This document shows, in pieces, positions 54,372 to 63,625 of a stretch of DNA of 64,000 nucleotides. Position numbers and translations under genes: made by a program. Source of the DNA: an uncultured Actinomycetes bacterium (lineage in GTDB: Bacteria; Actinomycetota; Actinomycetes; S36-B12). Below the pieces are notes generated by a model that saw only the letters and a list, made by a program, of their open reading frames with translations, searched no databases and had not been told where the DNA came from. Location: contig CAJBZP010000106.1 of assembly GCA_903960135.1 (NCBI GenBank), positions 352-64,351 of the forward strand, read 5' to 3'. The first letter of the stretch is position 1. Each line of letters opens with the position of its first letter.

Positions 54372-55128
54372 GGCGGTGCTTCGCACAGCCGTCACGCCGC
54401 GGTGGCTTGGGTTCGCTGGACTCGCAATTATTTTCATCACCTGCGCGGTGGTACTAGGTCGCTGGCAGTGGGAGCGCACCCAGGACATCATTCAAGCCGA
54501 GCAGGCGGCGCAGTCAGCGCCGCGACCCGTTGAAGAGGTTTCCGAGCCCGGTGGCACTTTGGCCAATGAATTGCTCGGGCAACCGGTCCTGGCCGAAGGT
54601 AATTACCTGGGCGCTGGTCAAGTGATGGTCTTGCACCGGTCATTTAATGATCAACCCGGCGTCTGGGTGGTGACCCCGCTTCGACTAACTGATGGCTCGC
54701 TAATCGCGGTGCTGCGTGGCTGGCTCCCAGATGCTGGCGCGCCGGGTGCAATCGCCCCGGACGACCGCGTGGTGGTGGCCGGTGTGGTGCAACCTGATGA
54801 AGGTTTCTATCTCGAGGCGAAGCCAGCGCCAGGGACGGTGGTCGCGATCTCCAGTGTTGAGTTGCGCAAGTTGTGGGGCCCGGAGACTAGGCCCGGGTAC
54901 GTAACCTTGGCAACCCAGCAGCCGGCATTCACCCCGGCGCCGACCCCGGTGCCGCCAACAGTGGTAACCGACAATGTGGCTTTTCCAATCCAGAACTTTT
55001 TCTATGCCATTCAATGGTTGATCTTCGCGGCCTTCGCAATCGTGGTCTACGGCCGCTGGTTATGGCGCGATGCGCAGGAAATGAGTGCGAAGAATCCCGA
55101 AGATTCGACTACGGTTGCGCCATCATGA
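54343..55128 (+). CDS. SURF1 family protein (cytochrome oxidase assembly-like)
   Basis: N-terminal TM plus LGRWQWER, and C-terminal YAIQWLIFAAFAIV. The start is uncertain, with alternatives at 54349 and 54376. Confidence 0.75.
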   Translation: MQMSNRPTPRAVLRTAVTPRWLGFAGLAIIFITCAVVLGRWQWERTQDIIQAEQAAQSAPRPVEEVSEPGGTLANELLGQPVLAEGNYLGAGQVMVLHRSFNDQPGVWVVTPLRLTDGSLIAVLRGWLPDAGAPGAIAPDDRVVVAGVVQPDEGFYLEAKPAPGTVVAISSVELRKLWGPETRPGYVTLATQQPAFTPAPTPVPPTVVTDNVAFPIQNFFYAIQWLIFAAFAIVVYGRWLWRDAQEMSAKNPEDSTTVAPS

Positions 55129-56042
55129 TTTATGTCATCGGCGAAGCCCTGATCGACATCATTGTCGATGCGAAGGGCACGGTACTTGCCTCCGTCGTTG
55201 GCGGCGCCCCGTTGAATACGGCTCGAACGATTGCCCGCCTCGAGGTGCCGGCAACTTTTTTGGGCGGGATCTCAACTGATGCATTCGGCAATCGAATGAT
55301 GCGCCTGCTTGCTGAGGACGGTGTGCACTACGCATTAGGTACCCAGGTGTCTGAACCAACCACGTTGGCGATCGCTGAACTTGATCAGCACGGTGCCGCA
55401 ACTTATCGATTCGTGATGGATAACACCTCGGCCGCGGCCGTCACCCCCGCTGCTGCCCTAGCCGCCGTTGGGCCAGATTGCCGAGCCGTGCACGTGGGCA
55501 CCCTTGGGCTGGTGCTCCAGCCATTGGCCGATGCCACGAAAGCTGTCGTTGAAGCATCACCGGCAGATCGCCTGGTGATGATTGACCCTAATTGCCGGCC
55601 AAGTGTCATGAAATCATCGCAAACTTTCACGCAGACACTAGATGCGGTCCTCGCTCGCGCGGATATCGTGAAAGTAAGTGGTGATGATCTGTCATTTATG
55701 ATGCCGAATCTCCAGGCGCAGTCAGCGGCCCGGGAGCTACAGCGTGAAAGCGGAGCACTGGTCTTATTCACCGATGGAGCCAACTGCGTCCAAGTGGTGA
55801 CGGCTAGTGAAACCGTGGTGCTCGAGGTCCCGAAGGTGGATGTCGTTGACACAGTGGGTGCTGGTGACGCATTTAGCGGTGGTTTCTTGGCACATTGGCT
55901 GGGTCGTGGCCTGGGCCGTGGTGATCTTTCGGACTTGGCTGCCGTGGTCGAGGCGGCAACCTTTGGTATCAAGGTTGCAGGCATCACCTGCCAGCGGGCG
56001 GGTGCGGATCCGCCGCTCGCCCATGAACTCCGGTCACGTTAG
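55125..56042 (+). CDS. PfkB family carbohydrate kinase (fructokinase-like)
   Basis: MIYVIGEALIDI, GGAPLN, C-terminal DTVGAGDAF. ATGA overlap with the SURF1 gene. Confidence 0.85.
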   Translation: MIYVIGEALIDIIVDAKGTVLASVVGGAPLNTARTIARLEVPATFLGGISTDAFGNRMMRLLAEDGVHYALGTQVSEPTTLAIAELDQHGAATYRFVMDNTSAAAVTPAAALAAVGPDCRAVHVGTLGLVLQPLADATKAVVEASPADRLVMIDPNCRPSVMKSSQTFTQTLDAVLARADIVKVSGDDLSFMMPNLQAQSAARELQRESGALVLFTDGANCVQVVTASETVVLEVPKVDVVDTVGAGDAFSGGFLAHWLGRGLGRGDLSDLAAVVEAATFGIKVAGITCQRAGADPPLAHELRSR

Positions 56043-56051
56043 CCTGTTGCC

Positions 56052-56402
56052 ATGAACAAAATCAAAGGCGCCGCACTTCGTTACCGCATCATGGCTTGGG
56101 TCACCGGAGTTGTGCTTGGTGCTTTGACCATCTGGCTCATTGTCGGCTACGGATTCATGGACTATGCGAATACCGATGTGAAGCCCGGGCTCTACCGGTT
56201 GCTCTGGACCGCCCACGGCTGGCTTTACTTCATCTACCTCATCGTTGGTGTGGATCTGGCCTTCCGCATGCGTTACAGCATCTTGCGCACACTCGGAATC
56301 CTGATCGCCGGCACCGTTCCCTTCATGTCTTTCGTGGCGGAGTACTTCGTGCACAAGGACGTAATGACGAGGGTCGCTGCCCAACCGGTGGATCCTGCTT
56401 AA
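56052..56402 (+). CDS. DUF3817 domain membrane protein
   Basis: 116 aa with 3-4 TM segments. LRYRIMAWVTGV, and HGWLYFIYL. Confidence 0.7.
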   Translation: MNKIKGAALRYRIMAWVTGVVLGALTIWLIVGYGFMDYANTDVKPGLYRLLWTAHGWLYFIYLIVGVDLAFRMRYSILRTLGILIAGTVPFMSFVAEYFVHKDVMTRVAAQPVDPA

Positions 56403-56457
56403 CCCGCGCGCACCCAACTAATCCAGGCAGAGTTCAGCGACTTAGGTATGCGTTGGG

Positions 56458-56487
56458 GTCAGGTGCCGGAAACCTGACGCTTTTGCG
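56458..56487 (+). terminator. intrinsic terminator candidate
   Basis: GTCAGGT-gccggaa-ACCTGAC hairpin followed by GCTTTTGCG, 56 nt after the DUF3817 stop. Confidence 0.6.
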
Positions 56488-56556
56488 TGGGCGCGCGCGT
56501 TTTCGTCGTGTAATTGCCAAAAAATTGATTTTTCACGACTAAAACGCGCGCACCCA
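56488..56556. other. long imperfect hairpin (about 22 bp stem, 23-nt AT-rich loop) in a convergent intergenic region
   Basis: TGGGCGCGCGCGTTTT-c-GTCGTG [TAATTGCCAAAAAATTGATTTTT] CACGAC-t-AAAACGCGCGCACCCA. It is flanked by about 50-nt diverged direct repeats at 56405-56454 and 56545-56591. Confidence 0.5.
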
Positions 56557-56589
56557 GCGAAGTCAGGAGCATTTCGGCGCTTAGGTGCG

Positions 56590-57261
56590 TTACCAGTTGA
56601 TCGGAGCGGCACCGAGTTCACCGAGAAGTTTGTTAGCACGACTAAATGGTTTGGATCCGAAGAACCCGCGATGAGCCGATAACGGGCTCGGATGCGCACT
56701 GGCGATGATGGGCACATCAACGAGCGCTGGGATAAGGGCCCCCGCATCCTTGCCCCACAAAATCGCGACAAGTGGTTGATCGACGCGATGAACCAGCGCG
56801 TTGATTGCGGCGTTTGTCACTTGCTCCCAGCCGACCCCACGATGGCTACCGGCGACATTGGCCTGCACGGTAAGCACTCGATTGAGCAGCAGCACTCCTT
56901 GTGCCGCCCACGCGGATAGGTCGCCGTTAATCGGCGCCGGGCAGTTTAGGTCCGCAGTTAGCTCCGTGAAGATATTTTGCAAACTACGTGGCAACGGCCG
57001 GATTTCTGGTCCGACCGCGAACGCGAGTCCGATCGCGTGCCCGGGGGTCGGGTAGGGGTCTTGGCCCACAATGAGCACCCGGACGTCAGGTAGCGGCTGG
57101 GTGAAGGCCCGCAGTATGTGATCCTCCGCGGGCAGCCAAGGGCGCCCGGCCGCGCTCTCGGCACGCAAGAAGGCGCCGGTGGCGAAGAAGGCGTCAGCTT
57201 CACCGGCAAGCGCCGGGACCCAGGTTGGGTGCACCAGTTCGGCAAGGGGCTTGGCCACCAC
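56590..57261 (-). CDS. ung: uracil-DNA glycosylase (family 1)
   Basis: [29 protein letters not shown], and HPSPLSA. Confidence 0.93.
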   Translation of the reverse strand: MVAKPLAELVHPTWVPALAGEADAFFATGAFLRAESAAGRPWLPAEDHILRAFTQPLPDVRVLIVGQDPYPTPGHAIGLAFAVGPEIRPLPRSLQNIFTELTADLNCPAPINGDLSAWAAQGVLLLNRVLTVQANVAGSHRGVGWEQVTNAAINALVHRVDQPLVAILWGKDAGALIPALVDVPIIASAHPSPLSAHRGFFGSKPFSRANKLLGELGAAPINW

Positions 57262-57267
57262 TGCAAT

Positions 57268-58329
57268 CTAGTGTTTGACGGTGGGGTAGACGTCGATCTC
57301 GACGGCTTTGACGCTCAGCCAAACCTGGCTGCCGGGAGCAAGGCCCAGGTCCGCCACGGCGGCAGGGGTTATTGCGGCAACAACGGACGGCGACCCGTCA
57401 ACTTGCACTCGTACCCGATCATGTGCGGCTTGCAAACTAACTATGGTGCCGGGCCAGACATTTCTTGGACTGCCCGCGGGCTGCTCTCGGTGCACCGAAA
57501 CCGACTCGGGTCGTACGACCGCAAGTACCGGGCCGGCAACGTCAAGGTCAGCGGTGTGCAAGATGCCACCCTGATCAAGTTTTAGCTCTCCGTTGCTGAT
57601 CGTGCCGCGTAATAGGGTGACCCCGATAAGTGCTGCGGCATAAGGGGTTGCCGGTCGTCGGGCGATCTCCGCGGGTGTTGCATCTTGCACGATCGCGCCG
57701 TTCTCGAGCACTATGACCCGATCCGCCAACATCATCGCGTCCAGTGGATCGTGGGTGACAAGGACGGTGCACCCGGAAAATGCTGAGAGCTGCTCGGTGA
57801 GCTCGAGGCGAATTTTTGCTCGGGTTTCGATATCGAGGGCGGCTAGTGGCTCGTCTAGTAGCAGTACTTGCGGCCTGGTCGCTAATGCTCGGGCAAGCGC
57901 AACGCGCTGTGCCTGACCCCCGGAAAGTGAGCTGGGCAGGCGACCCGCGAGTTCGGCGATTCCGATTTTGGTCAGCACCTCTAGGGCAAGACGGCTTGCA
58001 GCCTTGCGGCCGAGCCCACGTGATCTGGGTCCAAACGCCACATTTGCCAGCACCTTGAGATGGGGAAACAGTGCATAGTCCTGGAACACATACCCGATCG
58101 ATCGAGCTGGCGGGGGCAAGAAGGTCTTTTGTGAATCATCAACCACCACCCCGTCGATTTCGATCGACCCGGTCGAGGCGGCAACTAGCCCGGCGATGGC
58201 CCGCAGCAGGGTCGACTTGCCGGCGCCATTTGGCCCGAGTATTGCGATAACCGTGCCAGGTTCGAAGGTGGCATCGAATTCGAGGGTGAACTCCCCGCGC
58301 TGGGCGGTGAAGTTTGCGATCACCGTCAT
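57268..58329 (-). CDS. modC: molybdate ABC transporter ATP-binding protein (with C-terminal TOBE-like domain)
   Basis: Walker A GPNGAGKST, signature LSGGQAQRV, Walker B LLLDEPLAALD, and a C-terminal beta domain. ATGA overlap with modB. Confidence 0.8.
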   Translation of the reverse strand: MTVIANFTAQRGEFTLEFDATFEPGTVIAILGPNGAGKSTLLRAIAGLVAASTGSIEIDGVVVDDSQKTFLPPPARSIGYVFQDYALFPHLKVLANVAFGPRSRGLGRKAASRLALEVLTKIGIAELAGRLPSSLSGGQAQRVALARALATRPQVLLLDEPLAALDIETRAKIRLELTEQLSAFSGCTVLVTHDPLDAMMLADRVIVLENGAIVQDATPAEIARRPATPYAAALIGVTLLRGTISNGELKLDQGGILHTADLDVAGPVLAVVRPESVSVHREQPAGSPRNVWPGTIVSLQAAHDRVRVQVDGSPSVVAAITPAAVADLGLAPGSQVWLSVKAVEIDVYPTVKH

Positions 58330-59129
58330 GATGTAGTCGGCCTGAGGTAGCGCCCACGCAGTGCGACAAGGACAACCACGCAAACGGTTAGCATCACCAG
58401 GCTCAAGGCGATAGCGGTGGAGCGGTCAGTTTCAAGGGCTTGATAAACCGCCAGGGGCATCGATTGGGTAACACCGGGAAAGTTACCGGCGAAAGTAATC
58501 GTGGCGCCGAATTCACCAAGTGCCCGGGCCCAGCAAAGGACCGCTCCGGCCACCAGCGACGGACCCACCATTGGCAAGGTAATGCGCCGGAAAATGGTCC
58601 ACTGCGACGCCCCCAAAGTCGACGCGGCATCCTCGAAGCGGCCGTCCAAGGACCTAAAGGCGCCCTCCATCGTGATGATCAGGAATGGCATTGCCACAAA
58701 AGTTTCAGCGACGATCACCCCGGCTGTGGTAAATGGCAGTTGGATTCCTAATCCTGATGAAAGCCATTGCCCGACCAGGCCGCGCCGGCCGAAAGCCGTC
58801 AAGAGGATAACTCCGGAGACCACCGGCGGTAGCAGCAGCGGCACGATCACCATCGCGCGAAGTATGCGGGTGCCCGGCAAAATCTCCCGCGCGAGCAGCC
58901 AAGCCAGCGGGGTGCCAATGAAAATGGCGATCACGGTGGCTGCGATCGAAGTCACCATGGAGATGCGTAGCGCTTCTAACGCAACCTGCGAGGTGAGGAT
59001 GGCGCCGAATGAGCCCCACGGGGCTTCGGCGAGGAGCCCGATCATGGGTATTACGAGGAAGGCGATTGCGATGAGACCGGGAATCAGGAGAAAAAGCGGC
59101 CGCGGGGCGGTCGGTCGACGTGGCGTCAC
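58326..59129 (-). CDS. modB: molybdate ABC transporter permease
   Basis: 267 aa with EAA loop DAASTLGASQWTIFRRITLPMVGPSL and 5-6 TM segments. Confidence 0.85.
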   Translation of the reverse strand: MTPRRPTAPRPLFLLIPGLIAIAFLVIPMIGLLAEAPWGSFGAILTSQVALEALRISMVTSIAATVIAIFIGTPLAWLLAREILPGTRILRAMVIVPLLLPPVVSGVILLTAFGRRGLVGQWLSSGLGIQLPFTTAGVIVAETFVAMPFLIITMEGAFRSLDGRFEDAASTLGASQWTIFRRITLPMVGPSLVAGAVLCWARALGEFGATITFAGNFPGVTQSMPLAVYQALETDRSTAIALSLVMLTVCVVVLVALRGRYLRPTTS

Positions 59130-59905
59130 GGTTTCATGAACCCATAAGCTCTAAGAATCCCCTGTGCGCTAAATGAGTAGCGCAGGTATTGCACGAAGGC
59201 CTTCGCTGCAACCGGATTGCTCGTGGCTTTTGCCGTCGCGACCGGGTAACTGGTGATCACATTGAGCGCACCTGGAATGGTCACCGAGGTGATATTGGAT
59301 CCGGCCCACTTCACGTCAGTGACATAGACGATCCCGGCATCTACTTCATCGGCAATCACCTTGCCTAACACCATTCGCACGTCGAGTTCGCGTGTTACCG
59401 GTGTCACGGTGATATTGGTGTTCTTGAATAGATCACGTGCGGCTGCACCGCACGGCACTGCGACATCGCAGACGGCAACAAAGACTCCGGGTTTTGCCAG
59501 ATCCGTCAGTGCGGAGATGTTCGCCGGGTTGCCGGTGGGCATGGCAATTGCCATGGTGTTCTTGGCAAAGGGAATTGGCGCGGTTACGGATCCTGCACCG
59601 ACGGCCTTGGCCATGACCAGCTCCGATGCGGTGGCCAGCACATCAACCGGTGCGCCAGCATTCAATTGCTCTACGAGAGTGGAGCTCCCTGCGAAATTGA
59701 ATTTCACCGTGACTTTCGGAAACCGTTTCGTGAATGCTGCCGCGATTACGGGGAGTACATCGGTCAATGACGATGCGGCCGAAATGGTGATGGTGCCGCT
59801 GGGTTCGATGAACGCCGCCGGAGCCGCCGCATTGGCGAGGGGCGACCCGGCAAGAGTCACCGCCACACTCACAACTGCGGCGGCGAGTAGGCGGGGAATC
59901 CTCAA
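59126..59905 (-). CDS. modA: molybdate ABC transporter substrate-binding protein
   Basis: Signal peptide ending PLANA/AA. ModA-like ITISAASSL, NFAGSSTLVEQL, and DAGIVYVTD. Confidence 0.85.
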   Translation of the reverse strand: MRIPRLLAAAVVSVAVTLAGSPLANAAAPAAFIEPSGTITISAASSLTDVLPVIAAAFTKRFPKVTVKFNFAGSSTLVEQLNAGAPVDVLATASELVMAKAVGAGSVTAPIPFAKNTMAIAMPTGNPANISALTDLAKPGVFVAVCDVAVPCGAAARDLFKNTNITVTPVTRELDVRMVLGKVIADEVDAGIVYVTDVKWAGSNITSVTIPGALNVITSYPVATAKATSNPVAAKAFVQYLRYSFSAQGILRAYGFMKP

Positions 59906-60297
59906 GAAGCCTCCTCGCGTTCGACAATCACATTGGTGGCTTTGATCATTGCTGCTGCACGCACCCCGGGTGCCAGCTCAAGCTCATCGGCCGCCTCCCG
60001 ACTCATGAGCGAAATTACGCGGTGCGGGCCAGCCTGGATCTCGACCAGGGCCATGACGCCATCGCGCTCGACCCTGGTGACTATGCCACTGAAACGATTT
60101 CGGGCCGAGGTGGAAACCGGCGCCGGCACCGGGGGGGCCGCCTGCGCCATCAGGGTGGCTACGGCGGCTGCGTCGACCGTCATGGGCCCGGGCCCGGTGC
60201 TCTGGGCGGCGAGCCGACCGGTGTCGATCCAGCGGCGCACCGTGTCGTCGCTGACACCGAGGAGTTCGGCGGCCTCGGAAACCCGCATTTGCGTCAT
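59902..60297 (-). CDS. molybdenum-responsive-type regulator: excisionase/MerR-like HTH fused to a single TOBE/Mop domain
   Basis: N-terminal MRVSEAAELLGVSDDTVRRWIDTGRL. C-terminal RNRFSGIVTRVERDGVMALVEIQAG...AMIKATNVIVE (TOBE). First gene of the mod operon, with a 4-nt overlap with modA. Confidence 0.75.
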   Translation of the reverse strand: MTQMRVSEAAELLGVSDDTVRRWIDTGRLAAQSTGPGPMTVDAAAVATLMAQAAPPVPAPVSTSARNRFSGIVTRVERDGVMALVEIQAGPHRVISLMSREAADELELAPGVRAAAMIKATNVIVEREEAS

Positions 60298-60351
60298 AAA
60301 AAAGAATTTTAACGCATAAATTCGGAGAATATCAAGGAAATGAACCTAAAA

Positions 60352-60383
60352 AGCGGGGCGGGTGCTTTTGCACCCGCCCCGCT
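60352..60383 (-). terminator. strong intrinsic terminator (minus strand)
   Basis: 14-bp perfect GC-rich stem AGCGGGGCGGGTGC-tttt-GCACCCGCCCCGCT. On the minus strand it is followed by TTTTTAGG. It lies 15 nt downstream of the hydrolase stop. Confidence 0.85.
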
Positions 60384-60397
60384 TTACTACTTTCCTG

Positions 60398-62128
60398 CTA
60401 CTTGGCGTTCGGACGCTTCAAGGCATCCGGTTCGTACAGGCCGTCGTTGTTGACTCCGGCGGTTGCGTACTCGATTGCCTTGGCCTTCTTAAGAGCCGAG
60501 GTGGTCTTTGCATTCACCATCGCATTTAAGGTTTTTACCGCGTTGGTGATTTGCGCACCCGCCTCCAATCCGAAGAAGGAGCAGTGACCGACACCAGAGG
60601 TGTTTGCCGCTGCCGAGGCCGCCGCATCAGCTGACTTACCGCCTGCTGCGAACTTGGTGTAGCCATCAGGTGATGGCACGGTGTAGTACTGCGCGATCTT
60701 CAGCAGCTTGCTCTTGGCGCCGCTCTTTGCGAGCTTCGCGTAGAACTCACCGGTGTTACCGGCAGCCACGATGGGATCGTAGGTAGTCGTGATCAGCAAG
60801 GTGGGCACGGAGTACACACCCTTGGCAGCTGGCAAGGCGCGAACTGCCTTGACCGCCGCCGCATTTGCACCAAAGCGTGCTGTTGCATCACCCTTTGAAG
60901 CATCCAGCTTTGCGAGCATGGCATTTAGCAGGTTCGGCATCACCGTTGACGCATTCAAGGTGTCGCCGAACTCACCGCGCTGCTCCGAAGAGAGCAGGTT
61001 GGTGTACGACACATTGACATTGTCGTTGTAGTTGGCCGTCTCCGTAGCGGGAATGCTGGCGATGGTGCGAGCGCGTTGCTCAAGCTCGTACCGGCCGAGG
61101 ATGCCAAGTGCGGCAGCCCCACCCACGTTCTGCAGCATGGCCGCAGCGGTGTTCGCACCGGCTGATGCCGGGGAGTAACCACCGCCGATTGCCGCAAGGG
61201 TGCCCAAGGTGGCAAAGGCCGGGTTAACCGTTTGGCCGTCGTACACCGTGGACTTGGTCGGTAGCCCGGCCATCAACCCGGCGAGCAGGTTTGCCTGTGC
61301 TACCGGGTAGCCAACCGCGGAAGTGGTAACCGTGCCCGCGGCTACGCCGCCGAGGGTGGTTAGCACCGTGCCGAGGTCGGACAGCGCCTGGGTGTAACTC
61401 TGGTAGTTGGCGACCCGAAGGGTCGGAGCTATCAGGGTCTTCCAGGTGTACATGACGGTCATCGCGCCCGAGAATGCTTGCTCGGGACCGGCAAGTGGTG
61501 CGCAGGTCGGCAGTGAACCGGCGATTTTGCCGGGGTTGCGCTCGGCAATGGTTTGTGCGATGAGCCCACCGAGGGATTCACCCCAAACCATGGTCTTCTT
61601 CACGCCCTTGATGGCACCGCCATTGATGTGCTTCAGCAGGTTCTCACCAGCTTCGACACCTTCAGCCGTTGCCCATCCCTGCTTGGCGTAGCCGGTACCC
61701 GCGAGGGCGTAGCCCTGGGCGAGCAGCCCCGGTATTGCTAGTGCATTGTCGGCAACATCAGCACCGCCGCCGCCCACATAGGCCACGTCACTTCCGAATG
61801 CTGCTGCGAACGCTGGCACCGAAGTCTTGACATATGCCGGGTTCGCGGCAAAGCCAAGTGGTGTTGCCAACGCGGCAGGCACCGGGGTTGCGACGCGATA
61901 GCCATGCGAGAACAACAGCACGGTGCCGTTGAACGTCGTTGGCATCACAATTTTGTACGTTGATGCACCAAGTGAACCGGTGAGGCTGCCCTCACAGGTT
62001 GCACCCAAGGCGCAAGCGTCGGCTGCTTGGGCCGGCGCTAGTGCCGGGGCAGCTGCAAGCAGCAGCCCCGACGTTGCGAGTACCGCAACGAGGCGGCGAG
62101 ACATTTTGGTTTTCATTTGTGTCCTCAT
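60398..62128 (-). CDS. secreted alpha/beta-hydrolase-like protein (putative esterase/lipase), 576 aa
   Basis: Signal peptide with an SRRLVAV (Tat-like) n-region ending APAQA/AD. Nucleophile-elbow candidate VWGESLGGLIA. The start abuts the stop of the upstream SBP gene. Confidence 0.6.
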   Translation of the reverse strand: MRTQMKTKMSRRLVAVLATSGLLLAAAPALAPAQAADACALGATCEGSLTGSLGASTYKIVMPTTFNGTVLLFSHGYRVATPVPAALATPLGFAANPAYVKTSVPAFAAAFGSDVAYVGGGGADVADNALAIPGLLAQGYALAGTGYAKQGWATAEGVEAGENLLKHINGGAIKGVKKTMVWGESLGGLIAQTIAERNPGKIAGSLPTCAPLAGPEQAFSGAMTVMYTWKTLIAPTLRVANYQSYTQALSDLGTVLTTLGGVAAGTVTTSAVGYPVAQANLLAGLMAGLPTKSTVYDGQTVNPAFATLGTLAAIGGGYSPASAGANTAAAMLQNVGGAAALGILGRYELEQRARTIASIPATETANYNDNVNVSYTNLLSSEQRGEFGDTLNASTVMPNLLNAMLAKLDASKGDATARFGANAAAVKAVRALPAAKGVYSVPTLLITTTYDPIVAAGNTGEFYAKLAKSGAKSKLLKIAQYYTVPSPDGYTKFAAGGKSADAAASAAANTSGVGHCSFFGLEAGAQITNAVKTLNAMVNAKTTSALKKAKAIEYATAGVNNDGLYEPDALKRPNAK

Positions 62129-63418
62129 CTACGGAAGCAACTTGGAAGTAGGGGCGCCGGGCTTGAACGTGGTCTTCTTGGCGGTGCCAGAAGTCGCGCT
62201 CGTGGCCGTCATGATGTAACTGGTCAGGCGCTCTACTTGGCCCGTTGCGTTGTACTGGCCCATGTAGTAGCCGTTTAGGCCCTGATGTGACTTTGCGCTG
62301 ATGATCATCGGTGCAATGGCAGCTGACCTAAAGGTGCTGGCCTTCGTCTGCAGTGCATTGATCAAGCTCGCGCGGGTCAAGTCCGGGCCGGCGGCCTTGA
62401 TGGCCTGTGCCAAGACGTACGCGGTGTTCAGGCCGTAGTAGGTGTAGAAGTTCCACGGCAAGGAGTTCTTGTCCGCGATCACCTTCATCTGGCTGACATA
62501 TGCGTTGGTGGTGTCTTGGATCGGCACCAAGAAGCTCGGGGTGTAGACACCCTTGAGTAACGTGTTGCCAGCTGCGCCAAGTGCCGCACCCACGACCGAC
62601 GGGTCAGAGCCGACCGACGTGATCATCCAAGTCGGTGCAAACGCTGACTTGGCGGCGGTGCCGAGCATCTGTGCGGTAGCCGATGTGACGCCGAAGAAGA
62701 CAACCAACTCACAGCCGGCTGCCTTCAACTTCGCGATCTGCGATGTAAATGGCGCAACCTGCTGGCCTGAGTAATAAGAAGTCGTAGTGGCGAAGGTGGT
62801 GCCCGCAGCGGCGAAGCCGACTTGGGCGTTATCGCCGAATTCACCGTCCTGGTAGAACAGGCACTTCTTCTTGGCATTTAGCGTGGCGTCATTGGCCATG
62901 TAGTAGCCCATGACCTTTGCTTCAACCACATATGACGGGAAGAACGGGAAAGTCATCGGGTACTTCTTCGCATTATCGAAGTTCGATGATCCGGTGTTGA
63001 CGAATACGTCCGGGATGCCGCGACGGTTCAGGTCAGCAACCACCGCAGAGTGCGAAGGGGTGCCTAGTGCGCCGAACATGGCGAAGATCTTGTTGCTGAG
63101 GATCAGTTGATTTGTCTGCTTCTTGGTAAGGGCAGGGTTGTACTGATCATCGAGGTAGACGTAATTAATCTTGCGCCCGTTGATTCCGCCATTGGAATTG
63201 ACGTAGTCGAAATACGCCTTCGCTGCCGGCGCTACATACATGTAGCCGGGCGAGGCAGGCCCCGTAAGCGGGGTGGTGGTGCCGATCACGATCTCCGTCT
63301 TAGAGACACCTGGATCGGCTGTCGGAATCCTTGCTGCTTGAGCTGGAGCGGCTGCGGCTAGCGCGAGGGCTGCCACTGCACCAGCGGCGACCACTCGGGC
63401 CGCGTAGGTGGTTCTCAC
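62129..63418 (-). CDS. ABC transporter substrate-binding protein (Leu/Ile/Val-binding, Peripla_BP_6 type)
   Basis: Signal peptide ending APAQA/AR. The IVIGTTTPLTGPAS motif is typical of LivJ/K-like SBPs. The start is taken at the GTG at 63418, which has a GGGAGGA RBS; the ORF track extends to 63451. Confidence 0.8.
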   Translation of the reverse strand: MRTTYAARVVAAGAVAALALAAAAPAQAARIPTADPGVSKTEIVIGTTTPLTGPASPGYMYVAPAAKAYFDYVNSNGGINGRKINYVYLDDQYNPALTKKQTNQLILSNKIFAMFGALGTPSHSAVVADLNRRGIPDVFVNTGSSNFDNAKKYPMTFPFFPSYVVEAKVMGYYMANDATLNAKKKCLFYQDGEFGDNAQVGFAAAGTTFATTTSYYSGQQVAPFTSQIAKLKAAGCELVVFFGVTSATAQMLGTAAKSAFAPTWMITSVGSDPSVVGAALGAAGNTLLKGVYTPSFLVPIQDTTNAYVSQMKVIADKNSLPWNFYTYYGLNTAYVLAQAIKAAGPDLTRASLINALQTKASTFRSAAIAPMIISAKSHQGLNGYYMGQYNATGQVERLTSYIMTATSATSGTAKKTTFKPGAPTSKLLP

Positions 63419-63625
63419 GAATTTCCTCCCGTTGAACTTTCCCCCCTGCACCAGGGGAGAGGTTTGGCCGCGGACGGGTATCGCACCTGCCCGTGGTAAG
63501 ACACCTGCTGTATTCCTTAACGCTACTGGTCATTAACTCTTGGTTCAGGTGGTATGAGGAAAAGGTACTGGCCGCCCGCCCGGTTGTCCTAATGGGAATT
63601 ACGATTAAGTAGATAAATCGGGCAA

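Noticed and set aside
55403-55987. 194-aa minus-strand ORF.
   Set aside because: It is antisense to the PfkB kinase gene, its composition is low-complexity, and it has no motifs.
58501-59945. Plus-strand ORFs of 212 aa (58501-59139) and 194 aa (59361-59945).
   Set aside because: They are antisense to modB and modA, which have clear permease and SBP features and operon-style overlaps.
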